64,000 bases of DNA from Candidatus Kapaibacteriota bacterium (GCA_048594725.1 JBMDXA010000199.1:159-64158), one strand, 5' to 3'; shown: positions 1 through 10,633, numbered from the stretch's first letter. The notes: generated by a model not told the origin, from the letters alone. Numbers and translations: made by a program.

Positions 1-1
1 G

Positions 2-730
2 CTGGTAGGGATTATCGATGTGCGCCTGCGTGATCTCTGCGATCTGGACTCGTTCGCGCGTTCCTATCCGTATTATCGATTCAGCCTGTATTGCAAGTTT
101 GCTGCGAACCCCGAGTCTAAAGCAATCTTTGGCTCGCGTGGCCCCGAGCTTATAATGAATAGCCGTGAGGGGTGGAGTGACTTCAGATCGTGCGGAATCG
201 ATAGGAGCATGGGAACCCGGAATCAGAAGGCCTATCCCGGTACCTCCCCTTCACCTGATGCGATTGATTCTCTTGAGATCATCACCGATAGATTCGATTA
301 TGTGATCCGTGGGAATCCGGATAAGCCTGCTGGGACCTCGGGGCGATTAATCTTTGGTCTGGTAAAGCTACACAATAACTCTTCGGGGTACATGGTTGTA
401 GACAGCATCTATACCGATGATGATGCTACGGATGTTATCGGGCTACCTAACTGGACAAGAACAGATCCCTGTACGACCGTCGCCATCCCTCCGGGCGGAT
501 CGGCATTGGTAGAGTATAAATCCCGAGTCATCGATAAACGATTCGAGGGGAATACAAAAGGTTTTCTGGAAAACGGGCACAGCTTTAATGTCTTCGTTCG
601 GTTGAGAGGAAGTCAAGCGAAGCCTGCGAGTGCCACCGTACGGCTTGACTTGCAGGGACTTCGGCGCCAGGTCGCGGTGCCGGGCGTTAGCTCCACCAAG
701 GATGGTTACGATGCTCCTGAAGGTTCTTGA
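2..730 (+). CDS. hypothetical protein, small paralog copy 1 (5' end lies outside the window)
   Basis: The frame is open from the window edge (LVGIIDVRLRDLCDLDSFARSYPYYRFSLYC...) to TGA at 728-730. The last ~150 aa are about 50% identical to ORF 1058..1684 (DSLEI[IT]TDRF[DE]YV[IV]RG ... LRRQV.V.GVS...DGYDAPE). The N-terminal LCDLD.FA..Y..YRF.L.C motif is shared with ORF 784..1230. Confidence 0.6.
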   Translation: MVGIIDVRLRDLCDLDSFARSYPYYRFSLYCKFAANPESKAIFGSRGPELIMNSREGWSDFRSCGIDRSMGTRNQKAYPGTSPSPDAIDSLEIITDRFDYVIRGNPDKPAGTSGRLIFGLVKLHNNSSGYMVVDSIYTDDDATDVIGLPNWTRTDPCTTVAIPPGGSALVEYKSRVIDKRFEGNTKGFLENGHSFNVFVRLRGSQAKPASATVRLDLQGLRRQVAVPGVSSTKDGYDAPEGS

Positions 731-783
731 TGGGAAGATTGTAGATGGAATAGCGAGCTTCCGTTGTCAGTACAGAGTGAAGT

Positions 784-1684
784 ATGGGAAGCCAATACGT
801 TTTGTGGGTATGGATGTCGTTGCAAATCTGTGCCCTTCTGGTCGCAGTGGACAGCGAAAGCCGAGATGATAGGAAGCTGATGCCTCCATATCATCGCGAA
901 AAATCTATAGTAGTGGTGGATGAATACGGCTTCTATGTCGATAGCTGCATGATCGGGTATAGCACCGAAATCCATAATCCGTTCAGTTTCCCTCTGGATC
1001 TGATGGCCGTGCAGTCCAGCGGCGGATGGCGGATACCGTTCGTGTGGCAGGGGAGGGATGGAGGGCTTCGAATCCCGCCGGGGAGAAGTCTTCTGGTTGG
1101 CCTGCGGGATGGCCGCCTCTATGAGCTCTGCGATCTCGATGGCTTTGCAAAACGTTATCGCAATTACCGGTTCCTCCTCTCCTGTACCTTACGTTTCAGA
1201 GGGGAGTACCGGAGTTGCCGATTCTCTTGAGATCACCACCGACAGATTTGAATATGTCGTTCGTGGAGGTTCGCCTAAAAGTCCTTACGGGACAGGGCTC
1301 TCCGTTATCGGCCTGATAAAGCTGCGGAATCGCTCTTCCCGTCCCATGATACTTGATAGCGCCTATACTGGAAATTCCTATTCGAGTTTTACAGGGGTTC
1401 CATCGGAATTGATCTATGGTTCCTGCACGCGAATTCTGATTCCGGCCGGCGGAGCCGTAGCCCTGGAATATCAATCGAGAGTCATCGAAGAGGAGTTCGA
1501 TGGTGACATGGAGGCATTTCTCAATCAGGGGCACGAGTTCAAGGTATGCTTTCGATTGAAGGGGGGAAGCGGACAGCCTGCCACTGCCATGATTCGCCTT
1601 GGCAGTGATAACCTCCGGCGCCAGGTCAGAGTGGAGGGGGTCAGTTTGTCGAGAGATGGGTACGACGCACCGGAACTCCCCTGA
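784..1684 (+). pseudogene. small paralog copy 2, split by a frameshift (pseudogene, assembly indel or recoding site)
   Basis: The N-terminal domain (GRLYELCDLDGFAKRYRNYRFLLSC) is in the frame of ORF 784..1230, which stops at 1228-1230. The C-terminal domain (DSLEITTDRFEYVVRG...DGYDAPELP) is in the +1 frame (ORF 1058..1684). Copy 1 carries both domains in one frame. The switch must lie within about 1171-1229, next to a CCTCCTCTCC pyrimidine run. The start is uncertain (ATG at 784 or 880). Confidence 0.55.
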
Positions 1685-2065
1685 GCGAGGGCCGGAACGT
1701 CCGGAGGGGCAATAGTTCTGAAACTGCATATGCATTTCGGCAATGAGGTGGTTCCGGCCCCCGCTTTTTACGTATCAACGTTATCGAGAACCACCATGAT
1801 GAGAAGATGACAGGCATTCACCTCGGGCCGTAGCTTCCCGAAATATCTGTGCAGATCATACTGCCGGAGGGATCGTCCCCCGGCAGTTTATGCCGCCCAT
1901 CATGGGCATTGGATCTATCGCCACCATCGGCAGCAACAGCATCAGTAGATACATTGTCATGGCGGGACCTTCCGTGACCCTGGCGCGCGCTTTTCGTTCG
2001 ATACCACTGCAATCTTATCACTGCGATCATCCTTACAGAATCACTATGTATAATCCTTCATCACT

Positions 2066-5000
2066 ATGACCGCAAACACATTTTATCCAAGCATCAAGAC
2101 GCTTATCGATCCGGAGGATATTCCGGAAGCGTTGTCATTTGTTCGTGAAGGGGTCGATGCTCTTCTCGACGGAATATTTATCAAGGATCTTCAGATAATG
2201 AGTTCCGGAGCCGATGCAAAAGCCTACAATGTGGTGCTACATCTGCTCGGGAAATATCGCTTCGATATCCTCGGAAGCGGGCTTTCGCTCGTGGCGAATC
2301 CTACCTTCGATGAGAATGCCGTAGGGGGCGGGACCGATATCGAGATGACCGTCAGCTACAGCCTGCCGATTCTCCGATATCTGAGCGCCGGTTCGCTGGA
2401 ACGGTTTTCGTTGCAGGGAGGACCGATATTCGATCTGGCTCTGAATATTCTGGGGCTCGGCGAGGAACAACTGCTCGATGATGTGATCCTTCTATTCGAG
2501 GCTGATTCCATCCCCCGTTATGTAGATAAGATCAATTCCCATTATTCTCTTTCCGGTGGAAATGCCGTACAGAACCCCTCCGGGAGCACCCACGCCGAGA
2601 AGATCGCCAATCTGGCTGCGGCGCTGAAATCCAACCCCTATCTCACTGCCGAGGGGATATCTCCGGTGCAGGCCGTGTTCGAGGTCTCCGTCCAGGATGC
2701 AAACGGGGATCAGACCCTTGCCAACGTCAATCGGCTGTTTGAACGGAGGCTCGGTTCGTCGCCGGTTGACCGGATCAAGGATCTATTCATTCCCACGGTT
2801 TTTGCTTCGGCATATCTGAGCGCCGGGGTGGAGGTCTCGCCGAATATCCTCAAACCGATCAGCGCGGCTACCGGCGAAGTGATAAGCGATGGAAGCGTAA
2901 AAACCACCTTCGTGTTCGATGCCGGCGAGGTGCAGTTCAGCACAACCGGAGGATTCGGGTTCGGCGATTCGCTGACCGTGACCTTCCCGGAGGAATATCC
3001 TACCGCGCAGATCGGAAATACCGGGCTGACCATCGGCTTTACCGATGCGAAGCTCGATCTCAGCCGAAACTCAAATCTTCCGGAGATCGATCGGGACGGC
3101 CGGACGAGAGATTTTGTCGGGGTTTTTGTGGAAGAGGCTTCCATCGGTCTTCCGTCTTCGCTCTGGAATGTTCTCGGGAGCGAAGGGGCAAGAGCACGGC
3201 TGGTGGGACGCAATCTCATCATCGGAACCGGTGGGCTCTCCGGCACTATCGGTCTGGAAGGAGTGACCTCCGGAGGGACCACATACGATGTGCTGGAGGC
3301 GCGATTCGGCGGGGATGATGGATTCATCGTCCGGCTGACCCGTTTCGATATCTCTTTTCAGCAGGGGGCCGTGGTGGGGTCGAAAATCGAGGGGACGCTG
3401 GTGATACCGGGGTGGGAGAATGAAGCCGGAGGGGCGGTGGAAGTCCCGGTCTCCGTCACTCTCACGGATGGCGGGTTCGAGTTCAGCGCCTCTGCAAGCG
3501 GTCTGCACGAGGAATTGGCTATACCGGAAATTCTGGCCTATACGATCGAGCGGCTCCGGCTTGGCAAGCGTGAGAGCCGATATTTCGTCGAGACCTCCGG
3601 TACGCTCGACATCATCGCCGAAATTCCCGGTATCGGCACACGATTTATCACCCAGCCGATCGAGATCAACAGGCTGGTGATCTGGTCCGACGGAACGATC
3701 GAGCTGGATGGAGGCAACGTTATTCTGCCGGCGGCGGTCGCCTTGAATATGGGGCCGGTTGCGATGTCGGTCACGTCGCTTCATCTGGGGGCTTATCAGC
3801 AGCAGTGGGATGGCGTGGGGCGCCGCTACATGTATTTCGGGTTCGACGGGGGCATCAAGACCGGCCTCGGCGGCATCGATGCACGGGGGCGCGGGGTGAA
3901 ATTCTATTTCACGGTCGATGGCGGAGAGCTTCATACGTTCCTTCGGGTAGAGGCCATCCATATCGATCTTACGATACCGGGGGATGCCTCGGAGCAAACC
4001 GCCTCGCTTCTGCTGCATGGGTTCGTGTCGGTGAAAAATCCTGAACATCCGGGTGATCCCGAAGCTCCATCGTCGCCAGAAAATCTGGCCGCCTCGCCCG
4101 CCTATACCGAATATGCCGGCGGGATCGACTTTATGCTGCCGAAGATCGATATGGGGGGAGGCGCCTCCATGCGGATCGTTCCGGCCACCGGCGCTTTCCT
4201 GGTCGATACGCATATGAACCTTTCCACTCCGGTCGCCATCGGCAGTACGGGGCTCGGCATCTACGGATTTCAGGGGACGTTCGGCAACCGCTATGTGCTC
4301 TCCAAATCCGCCGCAGGAGTTTCCGACGAAGCCACCTGGTGGGAATTCTATAAGAAAGATCCCCGCGGAATCGGCATCACGAAATTCAGGGAGGAGGAAG
4401 GAATCTCCGTCGGTGCCGGGGCATCAATCGCCACGCTGGGAGATCAGGGCCAGGCATTTTCCAGCAAGCTTTATTTCATGCTCTCGATTCCGGAGGCGTA
4501 TCTCCTGGAAGGCCAGGCCGCTATCATGAGCCGCCGGCTCGGCCTTGACCAGGATGCCGATCCTCCGTTCTACGCCATCATCACGCTGGCACCCGGCGAC
4601 AGCATCAGCGCCAATTTCGGTGCAAATGTGAATATCCCGGACCCCGGCGGGGAAATTCTGGCGTTGCAGGCCAGCCTGGAGATGGCCTATTTCTTCGGTA
4701 AAAGCTCGGCATGGTATATCTATATCGGACGTGATGAGCCGCAGAGCGCACGAATCGAGGCCACACTGCTGAAGCTCTTCAACGCCCATGCGTATTTCAT
4801 GCTCGCGGCTTCCGGGATCAAGGCCGGTGCCGGCGTGGACTGGGAGTACAAGCAGGATTGCGGTATTGCCGTGGTCGGGCTGGGGGCCAGTCTGGAGGTA
4901 GGAGGGCGCGTCAGCTTCAAGCCGGTACAGCTCGGAGGCTGGGTGCGCCTGATGGGCTACGCCGAACTGAAGGTGTTCGGCATCGGGTTCCGTCTGCTCG

Positions 5001-8000
5001 CCAAGGCAATGCTCGCGGCCGAGGCTCCGCAACCATTCATCATCAGCGGAGGGTTTCAGCTCGGTCTGGATCTCCCCTGGCCGTTCGGTGATATCGATGT
5101 CAACGTAAACCTGAGCTGGCGTTTCCATGAACTGCCGGACAGGCGGCCGATCGGCAGCATCGACGCCGGAAAATATCCTTCGCTCGAAGCCTACAGGAGC
5201 GCGGCCACGTTCCCGGTGAAGGGGGTGAATATGATGTCGCAGGAGCCCTTCCTGCTGAATTATGTGAATCGCGATCATCCGGTTGATATCAGGACCGAGG
5301 ATTCATCGCTTCCGGCTCCCGGGCAGACCGGTGCCGATAGCTGGATCGGTGATTTCGGCGATTTCATCGTCCCGCTCGACACGTATATCGATGTGGAGTT
5401 CGCAAAGGGAGTGCTTCCGGTGGCCGGGAGCGAGTCGATGCGGAAATTCGTTCCTCCGATGTCCGGGGGAGTTTGCAGCGAACTGGTTCCGCCGCAACGA
5501 GGGCGTTCCAACCAGATCGAGCATACCTACAAGGTGCGCAACGTTTCGCTGTTCTACTGGACCGGCAGTGCCTGGGAGCCGTACCGGATGGAGCAGTTGA
5601 ATACGCCGCTTCTCCGGATACTGGAGGATGCGCAGGACCCGTCGCCGGAGGCCACGCTCGCCACCGTGCTTCGTTATGGCGCCTGGCAGGCCACTCTGGG
5701 GGGGAAGCACACCACGCTCCGCATTCTGGGCCGTACGCCGTTCGACCGGAACGCAACGCTCTCTCCCACGGAATCCGATTTTCCGCCCGCCTACCTTATC
5801 TGCCCGGAGGAGCCTCGTCCCATGAGCTGTCTGGACTGGAGCGAGGTTCCCCTTGCTACGCTGTACCCGGCGAACGAGGAAATCTTCGATCGTAAACTGG
5901 CTCTGACGGTCACCTCCGGGAATGCCGAAGTAGTGGCACTGCCGAATATATTCGGTCTGCCGCGCTCGCTGATGCTGAAGCGGAATGATCGCATCGAACT
6001 CCGTTTTCCGCAGCCTGTCAACAGCGTTGCGCTCAGGCTTTCCACACTGGCGGAGAATGTCACGATCTCCTATTACCGTGGATATGCCTACGTGCCGGGA
6101 AATGATGAGCAACAGGGAGGCACTTCTTCCGGCGACGGTGCCGATAGCTGGGAAATAGTGACGGCGGAGGAATCATCGGATGAAATCCTCTCCAGGCTCC
6201 GCGCCATGCCGGGATTTATCCGTGCGCTCTGCGAAGGCCCGCAACTTCCCGCCGAAACGGCCGGGCCGGTGGTTGCCATCGCGGAATTGATGGATGGAGT
6301 CTATGGAACCGTGCACACCTATCTGCGCCAGGTCATGGGGCTGGAGGTGCCTCCGGAAGAGGAGCCGGCGACGTTCTGCGACAGGCTTCGGGAGATGCTG
6401 CGAGTCATCATCGTCGGCTATACCGGCGGTATCCCTATTCCGGCGGTGTTCCGCTCGTCGGTGGAGCGATTCTATCGGGATGTGCAGACCTCCGTGGAGG
6501 CATTTCTCAGGCTGCCGGAGGGAGCAGGGCAGCCGCCCGACGGGGGGGCGGATCTGTTCTACGAGCAGTGGGGTGATCTCATCGCCTGTCTCGGGACGCT
6601 CTGCGATGCGCGGGGAAACCTGCCGGGATATATCGATGAGAGCATTGCCGTTATGATCGATCCGGCCATCGGCCAGTTGTACAACCGGCTGGCCGGGGAG
6701 CACTGGTATGGAAGCGGACTCTCGGCGCGCACCGATCTCCGCGACACCTGCGATCAGCTTCGTGCGGTTGCCGGCTTCATCGCGCTGGTTTCTCTCGATT
6801 ATCAGGAGCTCTCCGGCGGCATTATTCCGGGCATTCTCTCCCCGTACTACCAGACGCTGGAAGAGGGGGCCATTGCCGTGCGCGCGCTGATGAACCAGGC
6901 GTGGGCCGGGAACTGCATCCTCCCGTCATGCACCGGCGCTGCCGGTCTGGCGGAGATCGCACGGCTGTTCTGTACGGGCACCTTGCATACCGGCGCTGCA
7001 GCCGTCACCGGAATTGAAACGCTTCTTGATGAGTTCGAACCGGCGCGCGATGCCCTGCTGGAATCATTCGGATGGGATATGCCGGCCGGGAACTCCGGCG
7101 ATTTTTGTGCGAACCTTCGTGCCGCGCTGGAACCGCTGGTGGTGGCTCTCTCGGTTCTCGATGAGCTGCCGTTTTCGCTGCGTCGCTCCGTCGTGGAATT
7201 TCATGAGAAGCTTGGAGCGCTGGTTACGCAGTACAGGAGGGAGACCCTGGAGCTTCCTGCACCGGCGCCGGATCAGGAGGCCGATGCGTTCGCGGAAAAA
7301 TGGAACGCCATCTTCGCCTGCCTCTGCGCCATCTGCTCGCGCTCGCCGGAAGCCCTGGAACCGGTGGCCGGGAACCTTGATGAGGAACTCGGGACGTTAT
7401 TCGGGAATATCACCGCGCTGCTCCATACCGGGGCCGTAACCGGCGGACGCAGAATGCTTCTGTATGGCTCGCGGATGCCGGAGAGGCTGGAGGATCGTGT
7501 TGCCGGGCTCACCAACTTCTTTACCTCCTTTCTAACCGGGTGCTCCATAACGATGCCGGCGGGCGTTAAAGCGCGGCTGGATACCGCTTTCACAGCGTTC
7601 GATCAGCTCTACACCCAGGTGGAGCAGGCGCTCTCCGGCTATACTCTCTGCCAGGGGCCGCTGGGCGGGTACTGCGGGGAGTGGGGCGGACTGTTCGAAT
7701 GTCTGCGCGGCCTTCGCCTGCGCCAGAGCGAATATCCCGCCGGGATTCGCAATCAGATCGGTGGGGAGGAACTGGGCGATATCGTCGATTCGATCTACCG
7801 TATCGCGCTGGGCTTTACTCCCACCGAGCCTGTTCTCGTTCCGGCGGGAAGCGATCTGCTCCTTCTGGAAATCGAAGGGGTGCTGAAATTCTTCTATGAA
7901 TATTGCCTGCAAGGGGATGATATCCCTACGAACAAGGAACAGGCGCTTGCTCCCTATCTGGAACAATTACGTCTGCTTTTTTCGAGAATAATCGCGCTGC

Positions 8001-10633
8001 CGGACTACGAAGGGGTGAACGTCTGTCACATCAACGGGATGAGAAGCCCGCACCGGCGCGAGCAGCTGGTGGAATTCCATCGCCTGCTCTGCATGGTGCC
8101 TCCCATCGGGATTCCCTGGCCCCCGCCGGAAATTCTCGCGCTGGTGGCCGATGCCGGCGAGATGCTGGCGGATATTACATCGGTTCTGAATATCGACCCT
8201 GTGCCGGTGCAGGGAGCGGCATACGATTTCTGCGGAGTGTTCGGCAACGTGGTTCGCACGCTGGTTATCGCGTACGGGGCGGAGGGCGCGCTGCCGCTTC
8301 GTGTTCTTGCGGAGATGCGGCGGTTCTGCGATGCGATGCAGGAGGCGATCGATGATGCCATTACTTCGGCCCCGGCCATTCCCTCCGGAAGCTGTGCGGA
8401 AACCGCATCCCGCTGGCTGGCGGATCTCTCCTGTCTCGAAAAGATCTGCTCCTATCGCTGGTATCTTCCCGGCCAGATCTATACGGCGGTGGAAACCTAT
8501 CTCGGCGGGGCGATCGAGGAACTCTATCGCGAAGCGCTCCTCCTTGCCGATATGCTCGGGCTGCCGATGGAGCGCAATCGCAGCACGAGCGATCGTTGCC
8601 GCCGAGCGGCCCTTATCAGGAACTTCATCGCCATTCAAAGTCTTGATTATGCGGGCCTGGAGTCTCCCGGTACGCTTCCATGGTTCACCAACCAGGATGA
8701 ACTGGAATCGGTCTATCTCGATCCCGCTCTGGACGGCGCGCGCTACACTGCCTGCGCCACCGATAAGCCGTATGATCCGCTGATGAAGCGGGAAACGGTC
8801 GCCCGCCTGGATCTGCTCGACGAGGTGATCTATGATAATGCCGATGTCGCCATCGACCGGATCATCATCGAGCCGGAATACGGCTGCGATTCCGGTGATC
8901 TTCTCGAATGGGGACCGGTGCTGGCGGAACTGGACGTGCGCCTGCAATCTCTTTCCGACACGAAGGAAACGCTGGAGGATGTGCTCGCGGTTTCCGCCGT
9001 GGATGGCCCGGAATATCGCCGCACCGCGCGCGAGCTGGCCGGGATCAATGCTGCTATTGGTCTGCTGGATAATTATAAATCCGAAATTCCTCTCACCGGA
9101 ATTGAGCCGTGCGGTACCTATCTGCATGCGGTCTGCTGGCACGAACCGGAGGATTATCAGTACAACGTGAATCTCCCCGATCCGGAAGTTATCGCCGAGG
9201 AGGCGCGCACCATGGCGATATCGCTCAATACCCTCACGCAGCCGGTCTGGCGTCCCGATACCACCTATGCGGTTCAGATAGAGACCGTGGAGTGGGTTCG
9301 GGATGTTCTTTCGGATGGCCGCAGGAGCGGGGAGGAGGTCTATACCCGCTTCCATACGTTCGGATTCCGGACTGCCGGAGGGGTGGGGCATTTCCATCAG
9401 ACCGGAAACGGGAGCGATGACGCAAGCTACCGGAAGGAGTATCTCGATCTGCTCAGGGCCGACAGGGAAGCGGAGTATAAATACGCCGATTTAAAACACT
9501 ACATCAATTATGCTAATTCCTATCCGAATGCCGATGGGGCATTATCGGGGGCCAAGCCGCTGTATTATCACGACGTGCAGCTCCTTCTGTTCTACGTGCA
9601 TGATTATGTGAATTCGATGTTCAGCGGATGGAGCCCGCACCCGCAGACCGGGCTGGCGGCCGTCAGGTCGGGAATGCGAATCACCATCAAGGACCCCGCT
9701 TCCGATGGAAGCAATGGGGATATCGTGATCGAGGCGCCGGAATGGGACCGCGATCCGAGGCCGGTCATCGGCAGGCATATCAGGAAATTCAAGAATATCG
9801 TCGCCAATGGCATGGCCGATGGAGCCGGTTGCATCACCATCACCCCGGTGGAGGAGAGCGGGCCGCCGGCACGGATGACGGCGGTGAATATCGTGTCGCT
9901 GCAACCACGAAAACTCTATACCGCGATATTCGAGGCGATGTTCGGTGCCGGGGGCGCTCCTGATGTGGGGCGTGAGGTCCATAACTATGTCTTCCAGACC
10001 TCGCGCTACCGGAGTTTCCGGGAACATATCGAGACCTGGATGCTGGACGGCGTTTCCGGATCGGAGCGTGCTCTCTATGATATTCCGGTCTATCTCCCGG
10101 CCACGGGTGCGGCGGTTCTGGGCCATCTCCTGAACGACTCGGAGCCTTCCGATCCGGTGGTGCTGGAGTCGGTGCTCCGGCTCCGCCGCGAGTACGCATC
10201 CGGGTTCGATCGCATCGCCGATGGCCTTCTGCGGCTGCGCGATATCCCCGCCCCGGCAACCACCGAGGTAAATGTGCTGAGAAGCGGGGATGATGTGATC
10301 GGCCTGCTGGTACGGAGCCCCGAACCTCTGAACGACCCGAAGGTGCCGCGAACGGTTCCGGAGGGGATTGCACCGGAGGATTTCGGCAAGGTACTGGGCG
10401 ATTCTCTTTCGGTCTCCGGAATTGCCAGCCCGGTTGTGCTCTTCTCAACCGACTGTACGAGCGTCCTCCTCCTTGGAGAGCCCGCCGGCAGCGGGCCCTG
10501 GGATCTGGAATTGAAGTTCCGCTATCTCCGGTTCGATGGTATAGGATACCGGTTCGCTACCGAAACCGTGGAGACGGGGGGCGTGCAGGAGGAGATAACG
10601 CTGGAAATCCCGATCGCCATCACAATCGAATAA
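2066..10633 (+). CDS. giant hypothetical protein A (2855 aa), family not recognised
   Basis: An 8.6-kb ORF with ordinary protein-like composition, unlike the Arg/Gly/Pro/His-rich antisense ORFs. It has three parts: a beta-rich N region (aa 1-~1370), a Cys-bearing helical repeat array (~aa 1370-2210) and a beta-rich C region. I saw no signal peptide, T9SS CTD, Walker A or HExxH. Confidence 0.85.
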   Translation: MTANTFYPSIKTLIDPEDIPEALSFVREGVDALLDGIFIKDLQIMSSGADAKAYNVVLHLLGKYRFDILGSGLSLVANPTFDENAVGGGTDIEMTVSYSLPILRYLSAGSLERFSLQGGPIFDLALNILGLGEEQLLDDVILLFEADSIPRYVDKINSHYSLSGGNAVQNPSGSTHAEKIANLAAALKSNPYLTAEGISPVQAVFEVSVQDANGDQTLANVNRLFERRLGSSPVDRIKDLFIPTVFASAYLSAGVEVSPNILKPISAATGEVISDGSVKTTFVFDAGEVQFSTTGGFGFGDSLTVTFPEEYPTAQIGNTGLTIGFTDAKLDLSRNSNLPEIDRDGRTRDFVGVFVEEASIGLPSSLWNVLGSEGARARLVGRNLIIGTGGLSGTIGLEGVTSGGTTYDVLEARFGGDDGFIVRLTRFDISFQQGAVVGSKIEGTLVIPGWENEAGGAVEVPVSVTLTDGGFEFSASASGLHEELAIPEILAYTIERLRLGKRESRYFVETSGTLDIIAEIPGIGTRFITQPIEINRLVIWSDGTIELDGGNVILPAAVALNMGPVAMSVTSLHLGAYQQQWDGVGRRYMYFGFDGGIKTGLGGIDARGRGVKFYFTVDGGELHTFLRVEAIHIDLTIPGDASEQTASLLLHGFVSVKNPEHPGDPEAPSSPENLAASPAYTEYAGGIDFMLPKIDMGGGASMRIVPATGAFLVDTHMNLSTPVAIGSTGLGIYGFQGTFGNRYVLSKSAAGVSDEATWWEFYKKDPRGIGITKFREEEGISVGAGASIATLGDQGQAFSSKLYFMLSIPEAYLLEGQAAIMSRRLGLDQDADPPFYAIITLAPGDSISANFGANVNIPDPGGEILALQASLEMAYFFGKSSAWYIYIGRDEPQSARIEATLLKLFNAHAYFMLAASGIKAGAGVDWEYKQDCGIAVVGLGASLEVGGRVSFKPVQLGGWVRLMGYAELKVFGIGFRLLAKAMLAAEAPQPFIISGGFQLGLDLPWPFGDIDVNVNLSWRFHELPDRRPIGSIDAGKYPSLEAYRSAATFPVKGVNMMSQEPFLLNYVNRDHPVDIRTEDSSLPAPGQTGADSWIGDFGDFIVPLDTYIDVEFAKGVLPVAGSESMRKFVPPMSGGVCSELVPPQRGRSNQIEHTYKVRNVSLFYWTGSAWEPYRMEQLNTPLLRILEDAQDPSPEATLATVLRYGAWQATLGGKHTTLRILGRTPFDRNATLSPTESDFPPAYLICPEEPRPMSCLDWSEVPLATLYPANEEIFDRKLALTVTSGNAEVVALPNIFGLPRSLMLKRNDRIELRFPQPVNSVALRLSTLAENVTISYYRGYAYVPGNDEQQGGTSSGDGADSWEIVTAEESSDEILSRLRAMPGFIRALCEGPQLPAETAGPVVAIAELMDGVYGTVHTYLRQVMGLEVPPEEEPATFCDRLREMLRVIIVGYTGGIPIPAVFRSSVERFYRDVQTSVEAFLRLPEGAGQPPDGGADLFYEQWGDLIACLGTLCDARGNLPGYIDESIAVMIDPAIGQLYNRLAGEHWYGSGLSARTDLRDTCDQLRAVAGFIALVSLDYQELSGGIIPGILSPYYQTLEEGAIAVRALMNQAWAGNCILPSCTGAAGLAEIARLFCTGTLHTGAAAVTGIETLLDEFEPARDALLESFGWDMPAGNSGDFCANLRAALEPLVVALSVLDELPFSLRRSVVEFHEKLGALVTQYRRETLELPAPAPDQEADAFAEKWNAIFACLCAICSRSPEALEPVAGNLDEELGTLFGNITALLHTGAVTGGRRMLLYGSRMPERLEDRVAGLTNFFTSFLTGCSITMPAGVKARLDTAFTAFDQLYTQVEQALSGYTLCQGPLGGYCGEWGGLFECLRGLRLRQSEYPAGIRNQIGGEELGDIVDSIYRIALGFTPTEPVLVPAGSDLLLLEIEGVLKFFYEYCLQGDDIPTNKEQALAPYLEQLRLLFSRIIALPDYEGVNVCHINGMRSPHRREQLVEFHRLLCMVPPIGIPWPPPEILALVADAGEMLADITSVLNIDPVPVQGAAYDFCGVFGNVVRTLVIAYGAEGALPLRVLAEMRRFCDAMQEAIDDAITSAPAIPSGSCAETASRWLADLSCLEKICSYRWYLPGQIYTAVETYLGGAIEELYREALLLADMLGLPMERNRSTSDRCRRAALIRNFIAIQSLDYAGLESPGTLPWFTNQDELESVYLDPALDGARYTACATDKPYDPLMKRETVARLDLLDEVIYDNADVAIDRIIIEPEYGCDSGDLLEWGPVLAELDVRLQSLSDTKETLEDVLAVSAVDGPEYRRTARELAGINAAIGLLDNYKSEIPLTGIEPCGTYLHAVCWHEPEDYQYNVNLPDPEVIAEEARTMAISLNTLTQPVWRPDTTYAVQIETVEWVRDVLSDGRRSGEEVYTRFHTFGFRTAGGVGHFHQTGNGSDDASYRKEYLDLLRADREAEYKYADLKHYINYANSYPNADGALSGAKPLYYHDVQLLLFYVHDYVNSMFSGWSPHPQTGLAAVRSGMRITIKDPASDGSNGDIVIEAPEWDRDPRPVIGRHIRKFKNIVANGMADGAGCITITPVEESGPPARMTAVNIVSLQPRKLYTAIFEAMFGAGGAPDVGREVHNYVFQTSRYRSFREHIETWMLDGVSGSERALYDIPVYLPATGAAVLGHLLNDSEPSDPVVLESVLRLRREYASGFDRIADGLLRLRDIPAPATTEVNVLRSGDDVIGLLVRSPEPLNDPKVPRTVPEGIAPEDFGKVLGDSLSVSGIASPVVLFSTDCTSVLLLGEPAGSGPWDLELKFRYLRFDGIGYRFATETVETGGVQEEITLEIPIAITIE
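6170..8700 (+). repeat. protein-level array of Cys-bearing helix-loop-helix repeats inside giant A
   Basis: Core motifs occur at 6563..6628 (EQWGDLIACLGTLCDARGNLPG), 7295..7363 (EKWNAIFACLCAICSRSPEALEP), 7673..7744 (CGEWGGLFECLRGLRLRQSEYPAG) and 8408..8473 (SRWLADLSCLEKICSYRWYLPG). Degenerate copies lie near 6950 and 8060, giving a spacing of about 366-380 nt. They interleave with FC..LR..L and C..LR..A.FIA..SLDY helices. Boundaries are approximate. Confidence 0.7.

Noticed and set aside
1818-2030. A 70-aa minus-strand ORF (and a 34-aa hydrophobic ORF near 1858-1959) between the small paralog and giant A
   Set aside because: It has biased composition, no RBS or motif support, and lies where the giant A promoter and leader are expected.
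2049-2054. TATAAT hexamer 11 nt upstream of the giant A start codon
   Set aside because: It would imply an almost leaderless mRNA. No -35 partner was identified, and a single hexamer in a locally AT-richer region is weak evidence, so I did not call a promoter.
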